Positions 51,059 through 61,406 of a DNA stretch of 64,000 bases are shown here, in pieces. The notes under the pieces were generated by a model. It had not been told where the DNA came from and ran no database searches. It saw only the letters and a list, made by a program, of their open reading frames with translations. The DNA is from an uncultured delta proteobacterium (GTDB lineage Bacteria > Myxococcota_A > Polyangia > Fen-1088). A program made the position numbers and the translations under genes. Each line of letters starts with the position of its first letter. The stretch's first letter is position 1. Where the stretch lies: assembly GCA_963767925.1 (NCBI GenBank), contig CAVYGB010000002.1, forward strand, positions 320,001 through 384,000, read 5' to 3'.

Positions 51059-54000
51059 GAGCCGTTGGCCGACCGCCTCGGCATCCAGACCCGCACGAGC
51101 GACAGCAGCTTCTCCACGTCGAGCGGCTTGGCGATGTAGTCGTTGGCCCCGGCGGCCAGGCACTTCTCCTGATCGTCCTTCATCGCCTTGGCGGTCAGCG
51201 CGATGATGGGCAGGCGCTTCCACTCGGCCCGCTTGCGGATCTCGCCGCATGGCGGTGAGGCCGTCCATCTCCGGCATCATGATGTCCATCAGCACGAGGT
51301 CGATGCCGTTGCCCGCCTGGCGGCGCCCGGCGTCCCAGCGCCTCCAGGGCCTCCCGGCCGTTGCGGGCGATCTCGAGCCGGGCGCCCTTGGGCTCGAGCA
51401 GGCTCGAGAGCGCGAAGATGTTGCGCACGTCGTCCTCGACCACCAGGATGCGGCGGCCCTCGAGCGCCGCCTCGCGGTCGCGGGCCTCCTTGAGCATGCG
51501 CTGGCGCTCGGGCGGCAGCTTGCGACTCCACCTGGTGCAGGAACAGCGTCACCTCGTCGAGCAGCCGCTCGGGCGAGCGGGCGTCCTTGATGATGATCGA
51601 CCGGGAGAAGCGCCGCAGCTCGCTGCTCCTCGTCGCGCGCTCAGCGAGCGGCCGGTGTAGACGATGACCGGCGGGAAGGAGACGCTCCTCCTGCCGGGCC
51701 ATCTCCTCGAGCAGCTCGTAGCCCGCTCATGTCGGGCAGGTTCAGATCCATGCACCATGCAGTCGAAGGTGCTCGCCTGCAGCTGCGCCAGGGCCTCGGC
51801 CGCCGTCGCCGACGCCGGTGATCTCGCACGTCGCCGTTGCTCGAGCAGCTGCCCGATGCTGTCGCGCTGCCGCTCGTCGTCCTCCACCACCAGGACCCGG
51901 CGCAGGCTCTGCGAGAGCTTGGCCTCGAGCTGCTGGAAGGCCTCCACCAGCTCCTCGCGCTTCACCGGCTTCAGGGCGTAGCCCACCGCGCCGAGCTCCA
52001 GCGCCTCCTGGCTGTAGTCGGCCACCGAGACGACGTGCACCGGGATGTGGCGGGTGTGCGGGGTTGCGCTTGAGCTGGTCGAGCACCGCCCAGCCCCGAG
52101 TGGTCGGGCAGGTTCATGTCGAGCAGGATGGCGTTCGGCCGGTAGGCGATGGCCGCCGCCAGGCCGTCGTCCGCGGTGTGGGTCACGACGCAGCTGAAAG
52201 CCCAGCTCGCGGGCCAGGTCGCGCAGGATGACGGCGAAGCGGACGTCGTCCTCGACCACCAGGATGGTGCGCGTGTCCGCGCTGAGGTTGTCGCGGTCGT
52301 CCTCCAGGCCCGGGACCGCCGGCTGGGCGGCGGGTCGGACCTTGCCGGGGGCCGGGGCGCGCTCGAGCGGGCCGCTCGCGTCCGGGCTGGCCGCGCGCAC
52401 GGGGGGCCGGGGCGCGCTCGCCCGGATCCCCGGCGCCGCCGGGCTGCGCGCGACGTAGACCTGCGGCAAGGTGAGGGTGAAGGTGCTGCCCCTGCCCGGC
52501 CTCGCTCTCGACCGCGATGTCACCGCCCAGCAGGCGGGCCAGGTCGCGCGAGATCGAGAGCCCCAGGCCGGTGCCCCCGTATTTGCGGTGGGTGCTGCCG
52601 TCGGCCTGCCGGAAGGCCTCGAAGATCACGTCCTGCTGCTCGGGCGGCATGCCGATGCCGGTGTCGCGCACGGCGAAGGCGACCCGATCGGCGCCGGCCG
52701 CGGAGACCCGCAGGGAGACCTCGCCCGTGCTCGGTGAACTTGCAGGCGTTCGAGAGCAGGTTGCTTCAGGATCTGCCCGAGCCGCTGGCGGATCGGTGTC
52801 GATGCGGGCGGGCGCGTCGGCCTCGATCTTCGCGTGAAAGGCCAGGCCCTTCTCCCGGGCCACCGGCTCGAGGGCCTTGGCCAGCGCCTCCACCGCGGGC
52901 GCCAGCAGCACCGGCTCGACCTCGACCTCGACCTTGCCCGCCTCGATCTTGGAGAGGTCGAGGATGTCGTTGATCAGGGTCAGCAGATCGTTGCCCGCGT
53001 CGGAGATGGTCCGGGCGAACTGCACCTGCTCCGGCGCTGAGGTTGCCGTCCTTGTTGTCGGCCAGCAGCTTGGCCAGGATCAGCGACGAGTTGAGCGGGC
53101 GTGCGCAGCTCGTGGCTCATGTTGGCGAGGAACTCGCTCTTGTACTGGTTGGATCGCTCCAGCTCGGCCGCCTTCTGCTCGAGGATGACCTGGGTCCGCC
53201 CGAGGTCGGCCTTCTGACGCTCGAGCAGCTCGGCCTGTTCTTCGAGCTGGGCGTTCGTCTGCTCGAGCTCGGCCTGCTGGTGCTCCAGGCGGGCCTGCGA
53301 CTCCTTCAGCAGCGCGTGCCTGCTCGTCGAGCTCCTCGTTGGAGACGCGCAGCTCCTCCTGCTGCGCCTGCAGCTCCTCGGCCTGGCGCTGCGTCTCGTC
53401 GAGCAGCTCCTCGAGCCGGGTGCGGTCCTTCGAGGTGCGCACGCTGATGCCGATCGACTCGGAGGCCCGGTCCAGCAGCTCTCGATCGATGGGCTGCACC
53501 GGCTGGAAGAACCCCAGCTCGATGATCCCCTGCACGATGCCGTCGATGCGCGCCGGCGCGATCAGCAACTCGCGGGGCTGGCTGCCGCCCAGGCTGGAGG
53601 CGACCGTGAGGTAGCCGGCGGGCACCTGGCGGACGTGCAAGGTCTGGCCCTCCTTGGCCGCTTGCCCGGCGAGGCCGTCGCCCGGACGCAGCACGGACTG
53701 CGGGCGCAGGCCGGGCGGGGCCTCGTGGTCCGGCTGCTGCGCCGGGGTGGGGGCCAGGGCGTAGCCGGCGAAGCGACGGAAGTTGCCGTCCGACTGGGCC
53801 AGGTAGATGGCCCCCACCTGGGCCCCCAGGTACTGCGCGAGAAAGGTGAGGGCGTTTTCGCCCAGCGTCTCCAGCCGCTGCTCCCCCTGCAGCTTGGCCG
53901 ACAGGGCCATCTGGCCGACCCGCATCCAGATCTGCCGCTCGCGGGCGCGGTGATCGTGCGAGGCCTTCACCGCGCCGGCGAAGATGAGCAGCACCAGGAC

Positions 54001-54612
54001 CAGCGAGCCGCCGGTCGTCACCAGCACCGACACCGTGGACGCCGCCTCCCACTCGGCCCGGCGCGCTTGCAGGGTCTCCTCCTCCTGCCCCTGCAGCTCC
54101 TCGAGCGACTCGCGGATGGTGTCCATGGCCACCCGACCCCGCTCGCTGCGCACGATGGCCAGCGCCTCGGCGGTCTTGCCCGCCCGCCGCAGGGCGATGG
54201 TCTGGGCCAGCTCCTCCATCTTGCTCGCGTTGAGGCGTTCGAAGGTGTTCAGGCGGCGAAGCCGTCGATCGTCGTCGCGCATGAGCACCCGTATGGCCGC
54301 GACCTCGCTGCTCATGACCGCTCGCGCACGCGTGTAGGGCTCGAGGTAGCTCTCGTCGCCGGTCAGCAGGAACCCGCGCTGGCCGGTCTCGGCGTCCTTC
54401 AACGACGAGAGCAACCCATCGAACTGGCCGACGACCCGGTAGGTCTGGGCGACCAGATCGGCGCTGCGGCCGCGCTCCTGCAGAGAGCGATACGAGAAGA
54501 CGCCGACGAGGAGCACGGCCAGGACGGCGAAGCCGAAGCCCAGCAAGCTCCCCGGCGGCAGCGGCGGCCCCGACTTGCTCCCCTGCCCGGCGATCTCAGG
54601 CTGCTCCGACAT
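51055..54612 (-). CDS. CHASE3-GAF-HisKA-HATPase-REC(x3) hybrid sensor kinase (multiple frameshifts in the 3' two-thirds)
   Basis: TM, CHASE3 ([23 protein letters not shown]), GAF, coiled coil, [23 protein letters not shown] and three REC fragments distributed across frames. Confidence 0.85.
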
Positions 54613-54784
54613 CTGGGGCCCATGCTACCGCACCAGCGCCCCCATTCCGGGGGCGGTACGACCGGCGCCCGCCCGACAGGACCACGTCGGACGGCCCGCG
54701 GGCGCTACATACAGAGCAGTTCGGATGACCCGCGCCCTGCGGGAGAGGAGACCCGGAGAGCAGCGGGGATTGGCCGGGACGTGA

Positions 54785-57700
54785 TCAGGGCATGGCCGGC
54801 GCGCCGCCGGGCATCCCGCGGCCGCCGCCGGGCATCCCGCGGCCACCGCCGCCCATGCCGCCGCCGGGGGCGCCCATCCCGCCGCGACCGCCGCCTCGGC
54901 CGGGGCCAGCGCCCCCGTTGCCGCCGCCCATCATCATGCCGCCACCGCCGCGGCCAGGGCCACCGCCGCCCATCATGCCGCCGCGGCCGGGACCACCGCC
55001 GCCCATCATGCCGCCACGGCCGGGACCACCCATGCCGCCGCGGCCAGGACCACCACCGCCATTGCCACCACCACCATTTCCGCCACCACCGTTGCCACCA
55101 CCGCCATTGCCGCCACCACCGTTGCCACCGCCGCCGTTGCCACCACCACCGTTACCGCCGCCGCCGTTGCCACCACCACCGTTACCGCCGCCGCCACCAG
55201 CGGGCGGAGTGCTGCAGGTCGGGCCCCGGAAGCCACCGCGGCACTGGCAGCGGCCGTTCTGGCAGGTCCCGTTGTTCTCGCAGGTCACGTTCGCGCACGG
55301 GTTCATCGGCGGTGCCGGCGGTCGGACCATGCAGCGGGGGCCTCCGAAGCCGTTGCGGCACTCGCAGCGCCCGTTTTCGCAGGTGCCGTTCGCCCCGCAG
55401 TTCACGTTCGCGCACGGGTTCATCGGGGGCGCCGGGGGCGCCGGCGGCACGTTACACCGCGGGCCCCGGAAGCCGTCCCGGCACTGGCAGCGACCGCCCT
55501 CGCAGCCGCCGTGCTCGCCGCAGTCGACCCCCGCGCAGGCGTCGACCGGTGGCGGCGGGGTCATGCAGCGCGGACCGCGGAAGCCGTTGCGGCAGGCGCA
55601 GCGTCCTTCTTCGCAGGTGCCGTTCGCCCCGCAGTTGACCCCCGCGCAGGGGTTCATCATGGGCGGCGGCGCCGGCGGCGTCATGCAGCGGGGACCCCGG
55701 AAGCCGTTGCGGCACATGCAGCGCCCGCCGTCACAGGTGCCGTTGTCCCCGCAGTTCACGTTCTGGCAGGGATCGGCCGGCGGCATGGGCGGCGGCGGGA
55801 CCATGCAGCGGGCGCCCCGGAAGCCGTCCCGGCACTCGCAGCGGCCCATCGTGCAGCTCCCGTGCTCCCCGCAGTTCACGTTCTGGCAGGGATCGGCCGG
55901 CGGCATGGGCGGCGGCGGGTTCTGGCAGCGCGGACCCCGGAAGCCGTCCCGGCACTCGCAGCGGCCCATCGTGCAGCTCCCGTGATCGCCGCAGGCCACG
56001 TTGGCGCAGGGATCGGCCGGCGGCCCCAGCATGCAGCGCGGGCCGCGGAAGCCGTCCCGGCAGACGCAGCGACCCTGGGTGCAGTCCCCGTTCGCGCCGC
56101 AGTCGACGTTGGCGCACAGATCGACCGGAGGCGGCGGACGGTTGCACAGCGGGCCCCGGAACCCGTCCCGGCACTGGCAACGGCCCATGCCGCAGGTCCC
56201 GTGCTCGCCGCAGTCGACCCCCATGCAGGGATCAGCCGGCGGCGGGACCATGCAGCGGGCGCCCCGGAACCCGTCCCGGCACTGGCAGCGGCCCATGCCG
56301 CAGGTGCCATGCTCACCGCAGTCCACCTCGGCGCAGGGATCGACAGGCGGGGGCGGGTTCTGGCAGCGGTTGCCCCGGAACCCGTTGCGGCACTCGCAGG
56401 CGCCGCCCATGCACGTCCCGTTGGCGCCGCAGTCGACCCCCATGCAGGGATCGGCCGGCGGCGGGACCATGCAGCGCGGGCCCCGGAAGCCGTCGCGGCA
56501 CTGGCAGCGGCCCATGGTGCAGCTCCCGTTCGCGCCGCAGTCGATGTTGGCGCAGGGGTCGACGGGGGGCGGGTTCTGGCAGCGGTTGCCCCGGAACCCG
56601 TCCCGGCAGATGCAGTTGCCGCCGGCGCAGGAGCCGTGTTCGCCGCAGCTGATCTCCGCGCAGGGGTCCACCGGGGGCGGCGGGATGCTGCAGCGGGGAC
56701 CGCGGAAGCCGTCGCGGCACTCGCAAGTGCCGTTGTTGCAGCTCCCGTTCGCGCCGCAGTTGACCCCCGCGCAGGGGTTGGGCGGCGTCTGGCAGCGGTT
56801 GCCGGTGAAGCCGTCCCGGCAGCTACAATCGCCGTCGGCGCAGGTGCCGTTCGCGCCGCAGTTGACCCCCGCGCAGGGATCGACCGCCACGCACTGGCCG
56901 CCGGCGTTGCACACCCGGCCGTCGCCGCAGCGAGACCCGAAGGGCCGCGCCCGGCAGCCGTTGCCGTCGCCGTTGCAGCCGTCGTCGCAGGGCCCCCCGC
57001 AGGAGCTGTCGCAGCAGACCCCGTTGCTGGCGCAGGAGAGGCCGCCCCGGCACTCGGACGCGCGCACGCAGCGCTCGCCCGGGCCCTTGGGCTCGGGCGC
57101 CACGCAACCGTCGGCGGTGCAGACCGGCGTCCCGCCCGTACAGGCCTGGGTTCGGGGCTCGCAGGCCCCCGAGCCCGAGCAGACGTCGAAGCGGCGGGTG
57201 TTGCCGCCGCAGGTCGCCCGGCCACCACACAGCGACCCGGCCGGCTCGCGCCGGCAGCCGCCCGAGCCGTCGCAGCCATTGCCGCAGGCGTCGTTGCGGC
57301 ACTGGCCCGAGGGATCGGCCCCTCCGGCGGGGACGTCCGAGCAGGTGCCCTCACGCCCGCGCAGGGCGCAGGACCGGCAGGAGCCACCGCAGGCGCTGTT
57401 GCAGCAGCGCCCCTGGGCGCAGGTGCCACTCTCGCACTCGGTGCCCCGGCTGCAGATGGCGCCGTCGGGGCGCTTGCCGCAGTCGCCGGCCACGCAGACG
57501 TTGCCGTTGGCGCACTGGCCGTCGCTGCTGCAGCCGTTGCGGCAGCTATCGCCGCTGCAGCCCCGGTAAGGAGCGCAGGTGCGGGCCCCGGGCACGCGGC
57601 AGGAGCCGTCGTCGCAGGTGCCGGCCGGGGTCTCGGTGTTGTCTCCCGAGTCGCAGCTCGCCTCGCGGCAGACGGTGCCGTCGCGGTAGCGCTGGCAGCC

Positions 57701-58714
57701 CCCGCTGCCGTCGCAGCGGCCGTTGCTGCCGCAGCTCGCGGGCCCCTGGTCGACGCAGATCAGGCTGGGGTCGTCCTCGCCGCGGGCCGCCCGCTGGTCG
57801 ACGACGCCCGCGCGCACCGGCTGGCAGCTCCCCCGCGCATCGGGGTTCGCGCAGAAGGTGCACTTGCCGGCGCAGGCGTTCTCGCAGCAGACGCCGTCGA
57901 CGCAGAAGTTGGACTGGCACTGATCGTTGCGGGTGCAGTCCTGGCCGTTGCCCTTGGGACCGCAGCTCCCTTCGACACAGCTCGCGGGGGCCATGCACTG
58001 GTCGGTCGCGGTACAGCTGTTGCGGCAGGTGCCCCCCTCGCAGGTGGACGGCTGGCAGGAGATGGCCACGCCAGCGACGCAGACCCCCTCGCCGTCGCAC
58101 AGGCTGGCTGGCAGGAACTGGTCCTTGCCGATGCAGCTCGGGAGCTGGCAAGTGGTGCCGGTGGCGTATTTGGCGCAGCCGCCCTGGCCGTTGCAAAAAC
58201 CGCTCTGTCCGCAGCTCTCGGGCGGGTCGAGCCGGCACACGCCGTGGCGGTCCTCGGCTCCGGCCGGGATGGGGGCGCATTCGCCGGCCCGGTCGGCCTG
58301 ATCGCAGGCCACGCAGGCCCCGGTACAGGCGACGTTGCAGCAGACGCCGTCGGCGCAGAAGCCGCTCTGGCACTCGTTGTCGCCTTCACAGGCCCCGCCC
58401 AGGGGCCGCAGGCCCACGCAGGCTTCGCCCGAGCAACAGACGCCGCCCACGCAGTCGCCGGTCGCGCACTCGATCCCGCACAGGCAGCCGTCGCCGGGCG
58501 CCTTGAGGGTCTCGGGCGGAACGGTGGGACAGCGGCCGGGATCGACGACGCCCATGCCCGAAGGACCGACCACGCCGGGGTTGCGTCCCGGCGACGAGAC
58601 GCCGCCGTCGGCCCCGTACGAGATGGCGGTCGTGTTGGCCGGTCTGGTGCTGCAGCCGAGGGCGAAGCCCAGGCCCAGCGCAACCACGAACAACCGACGA
58701 CACACCTCGGACAT
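54785..58714 (-). CDS. Large Cys-rich lipoprotein with 15 tandem EGF-like repeats and Gly-rich tail
   Basis: Lipobox FALGC; myxobacterial-type C.SG.C.DGVCC repeats; 15x [DN]PC..V.CG.[NH]G.C..G.C.CR[DN]GF.G..C; (GGGGN)n and GPGRGGM repeats. Confidence 0.88.
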   Translation of the reverse strand: MSEVCRRLFVVALGLGFALGCSTRPANTTAISYGADGGVSSPGRNPGVVGPSGMGVVDPGRCPTVPPETLKAPGDGCLCGIECATGDCVGGVCCSGEACVGLRPLGGACEGDNECQSGFCADGVCCNVACTGACVACDQADRAGECAPIPAGAEDRHGVCRLDPPESCGQSGFCNGQGGCAKYATGTTCQLPSCIGKDQFLPASLCDGEGVCVAGVAISCQPSTCEGGTCRNSCTATDQCMAPASCVEGSCGPKGNGQDCTRNDQCQSNFCVDGVCCENACAGKCTFCANPDARGSCQPVRAGVVDQRAARGEDDPSLICVDQGPASCGSNGRCDGSGGCQRYRDGTVCREASCDSGDNTETPAGTCDDGSCRVPGARTCAPYRGCSGDSCRNGCSSDGQCANGNVCVAGDCGKRPDGAICSRGTECESGTCAQGRCCNSACGGSCRSCALRGREGTCSDVPAGGADPSGQCRNDACGNGCDGSGGCRREPAGSLCGGRATCGGNTRRFDVCSGSGACEPRTQACTGGTPVCTADGCVAPEPKGPGERCVRASECRGGLSCASNGVCCDSSCGGPCDDGCNGDGNGCRARPFGSRCGDGRVCNAGGQCVAVDPCAGVNCGANGTCADGDCSCRDGFTGNRCQTPPNPCAGVNCGANGSCNNGTCECRDGFRGPRCSIPPPPVDPCAEISCGEHGSCAGGNCICRDGFRGNRCQNPPPVDPCANIDCGANGSCTMGRCQCRDGFRGPRCMVPPPADPCMGVDCGANGTCMGGACECRNGFRGNRCQNPPPPVDPCAEVDCGEHGTCGMGRCQCRDGFRGARCMVPPPADPCMGVDCGEHGTCGMGRCQCRDGFRGPLCNRPPPPVDLCANVDCGANGDCTQGRCVCRDGFRGPRCMLGPPADPCANVACGDHGSCTMGRCECRDGFRGPRCQNPPPPMPPADPCQNVNCGEHGSCTMGRCECRDGFRGARCMVPPPPMPPADPCQNVNCGDNGTCDGGRCMCRNGFRGPRCMTPPAPPPMMNPCAGVNCGANGTCEEGRCACRNGFRGPRCMTPPPPVDACAGVDCGEHGGCEGGRCQCRDGFRGPRCNVPPAPPAPPMNPCANVNCGANGTCENGRCECRNGFGGPRCMVRPPAPPMNPCANVTCENNGTCQNGRCQCRGGFRGPTCSTPPAGGGGGNGGGGNGGGGNGGGGNGGGGNGGGGNGGGGNGGGGNGGGGNGGGGPGRGGMGGPGRGGMMGGGGPGRGGMMGGGGPGRGGGGMMMGGGNGGAGPGRGGGRGGMGAPGGGMGGGGRGMPGGGRGMPGGAPAMP

Positions 58715-58820
58715 CCCAGCCATCACGTTCGTCATTCGGCCCCTAGGCGCACGGGGGTGAATAAGAGGATGAGTGACCCGTGCGGTCTTAGAGCTAAACC
58801 CCGATGCGCCCTCCCTGTCC

Positions 58821-58871
58821 ACGGTCGTTTACGGTGTTCCCGGATTTCTCTCGCTATTTACAAACGACCGT
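58821..58871. promoter_or_regulatory. 10-bp perfect inverted repeat upstream of the EGF-repeat gene
   Basis: ACGGTCGTTT (58821-30) and AAACGACCGT (58862-71) in an AT-richer intergenic region. Confidence 0.45.
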
Positions 58872-58957
58872 TGAGGCTCTCTGGCACGCCATAATAACCT
58901 GCAGCGTTGGCGGCTGGCGCCGATGCCGCGACCGGCTCGCTCGCCGCGCGGTCGCCC

Positions 58958-60622
58958 TCAGGGCGAAGACGGGCGCGGGCTATCCCGCAGGCACCAGGCG
59001 ATGGCGGCGTCGAACATCGACCAGGCGGTCTCGCCCATCACCTCGGCGGTGTAGTTGTGAAGAAACAGCCCCACCCGCCGCCCGGGCGCGGCCGGGAGCC
59101 CGGGCATGGGGGCGCCCCGCTCGTAGGCGAACACCATCGCCCGCCCCGGCATCCCCGGCCACACCGCCACCACCTGGGCCTGGGGGCCGGGCGCACCGAA
59201 GCTCATGCGCCGCTGGCTCACCTTCGAGGCGTCGACCGCAGGATCGAGGAGGGCGGTCGTGCCGTTGCGTCCGGCGGCCAGCGGGTGGGTGGGATCTTTG
59301 ATGAGGATCTCGCCGCTCGAGACGTCGAACCCCTGGTCCACCCGGGCCTCGGCGCCGGTCATGCCGAGGTCGTCGAATGAAAACGGTTCCCACACGACGA
59401 TGGGCGCCGCGACGTCGCGGTAATGGGCGCTCATGTCGCGCGCCGACGCGGTCGAGGAGATGACGATGATGCGGGCGCGCCGCAGATCTTCGCTCCGGGG
59501 CGGCCCGCTCCGCTGCACCTCCACCTCGAGCCCGTGCGCCTCGAGGCGTTTTTTCACCCGCTCGTCGGCCTGCGAGAGGTTGAGGGTGCCGGCCACCAGC
59601 AGGGCGGCGCCTCCACGCGACATCGGGGTGGCCAGGGTGTCGCCGCGCTCGCCGACCAGGGCGTATTGCGCGGGCCCCACAACGGTGGGGCCCCCTCCCC
59701 CCAGGCGGGCCAGCGAGGCGTGCCCCTGCTCGACGTCCAGCCTGGTGCTGGCGGCGTCGACGTAGACCGCCAGCTTGCCCCCCAGGGTGCTGACCTCGGC
59801 GTGAGGGGTGGTGATCAGCAGAGGCCGGCCGATCGGCTCGGGCGGCACCTCGGCCGACAGCCGCCCGCGCGACAGGAAGGCCGCCTTGGCCACCGGCCCC
59901 GGCGGCTCCGCGAGCTGGGCCAGGACGGTGTCCCCCTCCAGGGTCAGGCGGGTGCGGTCGGCGAAGGCCACCACCGCCCGGCTGCCCGGGCCCACCGTGA
60001 CCAGGCCGGCGCCCGCCGGCAGCGTGCTGCCCCGGGCCACCGGCGTCCGCCGCGCGTCCGACAGCAGATACGTGATCCCGCCGACCTCGACCAGGTGGGC
60101 GAGCCGCTCGGGCGCGACCGGAGGTGGCGCCGGCTGCAGCCGCGGCGAGGGGCTCTCGGCCGGCGGCGCGGGGGGCGACAGCGCCACTTCGGCGGCCGGC
60201 GGCCGGGCGCCGCTGCTGCGCCCCAGCCAGAACACCCCCGCCGCCGCCGCGGCCACCGCCACCGGCACCAGCACCAGGCGCAGGGCGCGCAGCAGGGCCG
60301 GGCGCTCGAGCGCGCCGGCCACCACCTCGGTGCGCATGCGCCGCTCGACCGAGGAGACGAAGGAAGCCCCGTCGCGCTCGGCCTCGACCCGCTGGGCGAA
60401 CTGCCGGGCGAAGGCCGCTCCATCGGCCGCCTGCCGCCCCAGCGCCGCCAGCGCGCCGTCGATGCGCTGGTCCTGCAGCAAGGTCTGGCGCAGCCCGGGC
60501 TCGCTGGCGAGCGCCTCGGCCAGCTCGGCCTCTTCGCGCCTGCTCAGCCCGCCCTCCTGCAGCCACCTCGCCCACAGCTCCTCGGGCCGCGACGCTTCCG
60601 GACTGTCCTCCTGCCCCTTCAT
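58958..60622 (-). CDS. FecR-like anti-sigma factor with additional C-terminal domain
   Basis: N-terminal LS..EEAEL...L helix, TM LVLVPVAVAAAAAGVFWL, FecR core (AVVAFADRTRLTL...LSRGRL.AEV...ITTPHAEV..LG...TRLDVEQG); downstream of an ECF sigma gene. Confidence 0.85.
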   Translation of the reverse strand: MKGQEDSPEASRPEELWARWLQEGGLSRREEAELAEALASEPGLRQTLLQDQRIDGALAALGRQAADGAAFARQFAQRVEAERDGASFVSSVERRMRTEVVAGALERPALLRALRLVLVPVAVAAAAAGVFWLGRSSGARPPAAEVALSPPAPPAESPSPRLQPAPPPVAPERLAHLVEVGGITYLLSDARRTPVARGSTLPAGAGLVTVGPGSRAVVAFADRTRLTLEGDTVLAQLAEPPGPVAKAAFLSRGRLSAEVPPEPIGRPLLITTPHAEVSTLGGKLAVYVDAASTRLDVEQGHASLARLGGGGPTVVGPAQYALVGERGDTLATPMSRGGAALLVAGTLNLSQADERVKKRLEAHGLEVEVQRSGPPRSEDLRRARIIVISSTASARDMSAHYRDVAAPIVVWEPFSFDDLGMTGAEARVDQGFDVSSGEILIKDPTHPLAAGRNGTTALLDPAVDASKVSQRRMSFGAPGPQAQVVAVWPGMPGRAMVFAYERGAPMPGLPAAPGRRVGLFLHNYTAEVMGETAWSMFDAAIAWCLRDSPRPSSP

Positions 60623-60649
60623 GGTCCCCCGCTCCTCTCCCACGTCGTC

Positions 60650-60775
60650 CGATCGCTTCATTGGATGGCTTCAGCTTGTCTGGTCAGGATGTCTGGTCAG
60701 ATCACTTCGTTAGATGGCTTCGCTAGATGGCTTCGCTAGATGGCTTCGCCAGATCACTTCACTAGATTGCTTCGT
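60650..60775. repeat. 13-bp tandem repeat array between the ECF sigma and anti-sigma genes
   Basis: Six YAGATNRCTTCRY units at 60698-60775 (three exact TAGATGGCTTCGC), two TGTCTGGTCAG copies at 60677 and 60690, and two degenerate units at 60650-60675. Confidence 0.85.
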
Positions 60776-61373
60776 CGCCCAGGCGCGACTCCACGCAGGC
60801 CCGCAAGGCCTGGCGCAGGCGGAACAGGGTCATGCGGATGGCCCCCTCGCGCTTGCCGAGCTCGCGGGCGATGTCGGGGATGCTGCGGGCCTTCCAGTAG
60901 CGGTCGGCCACCAGGCCGGCGCTGCCGGCCGGCAGGCTCTGCAAGCAGCGCTCGAGGGCGGCGATCTCCCGCTCGCGGCGGGGCAGATCCAGCTCGTCGG
61001 CCTCGAGCACCTTCAATCGAAATGGGGCCAGCACGCTCTCGACCGATCCGGTCTCGCGGATCAGGCGGCGCATCTCCCCCCGGACGTGCATCAGGGTCTT
61101 GTGGCGGGCGATGCCCAGCAGCCAGACCCCCAGGGGGGAGTCCCCCTTGTAGCTGTCGAGGCTGCGGAAGGCGGCCAGGAACACCTCCTGGGCCAGGTCG
61201 TCGACGACGTCGCCGCGGCTGATCGAGCCGCCGATGTAGGCCCGCACCCGCCCCTGGTGCCAGGCCACAAGCTGGGAAAACGCGCCCGCGTCGCCCCCCC
61301 GCGAGCGATCGATGAGACGCGCCTCCTCCTCGGCCGGGCTGCCCGTTCGGGCCGGGGAGAAGGCGGACGTCAT
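60762..61373 (-). CDS. ECF sigma-70 factor
   Basis: VDDLAQEVFLAAFRSL...WLLGIAR; LERCLQSLP...IARELGKREGAIRMTLFRLRQALRAC. Confidence 0.93.
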   Translation of the reverse strand: MTSAFSPARTGSPAEEEARLIDRSRGGDAGAFSQLVAWHQGRVRAYIGGSISRGDVVDDLAQEVFLAAFRSLDSYKGDSPLGVWLLGIARHKTLMHVRGEMRRLIRETGSVESVLAPFRLKVLEADELDLPRREREIAALERCLQSLPAGSAGLVADRYWKARSIPDIARELGKREGAIRMTLFRLRQALRACVESRLGDEAI

Positions 61374-61406
61374 CGATCGCCGGGGGGGGACCGCAGCGCG
61401 GCCGGA

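Noticed and set aside
60650..60775. Possible mini-CRISPR or plasmid iterons
   Set aside because: 13-bp units without spacers; no cas or rep gene nearby.
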